A DNA stretch of 4,453 nucleotides, taken from IMG/VR virus record IMGVR_UViG_2547132270_000012; one strand, given 5' to 3'. The stretch comes from a virus (lineage: Duplodnaviria; Heunggongvirae; Uroviricota; Caudoviricetes). Positions 4,453 to 4,453 of the stretch are shown here, piece after piece. A model generated the notes under the pieces. It was not told the DNA's origin and did not search any database. It worked only from the letters and a program-made list of their open reading frames with translations. The translations under genes were made by a program, and so were the position numbers. The first letter of the stretch is position 1. The number at the start of each line of letters is the position of its first letter.

Positions 4453-4453
4453 G

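Noticed and set aside
1-4453. CRISPR arrays, IS elements or transposases, integrase, rRNA.
   Set aside because: No regularly spaced direct repeats and no long terminal inverted repeats flanking an ORF. No ORF of suitable size or character was seen, and no rRNA-like conserved blocks.

Overview
This window looks like part of a temperate phage or prophage with an enterobacterial-type backbone (about 50-55% GC by hand count). On the minus strand at the left are three tightly linked virion genes: a baseplate J-like gene (910-2136), a Mu gp48/DUF2612-like wedge gene (300-926) and the 5' end of a tail-fibre gene that runs off the left edge (1-303). Directly upstream, on the opposite strand, sits a ~1.45 kb accessory cassette of much lower GC: a 200-aa four-helix membrane protein (2164-2766), a 273-bp structured non-coding region, and an AntA-family antirepressor-like gene (3040-3609). 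The non-coding region contains a tRNA-acceptor-like RNA element (2922-3002) whose inner segment is complementary to the ribosome-binding region of the antirepressor gene; this resembles P1/P7 immI-type antisense control and is the most interesting signal here. The right third holds a convergent minus-strand cluster of three small ORFs (4287-3585), one of which (54 codons) is absent from the supplied ORF track, behind a strong bidirectional intrinsic terminator (4316-4347). I recognised no rRNA, canonical tRNA, CRISPR array, integrase or transposase. All calls come from reading the sequence and translations by eye; family names are recalled from memory and no search was run.
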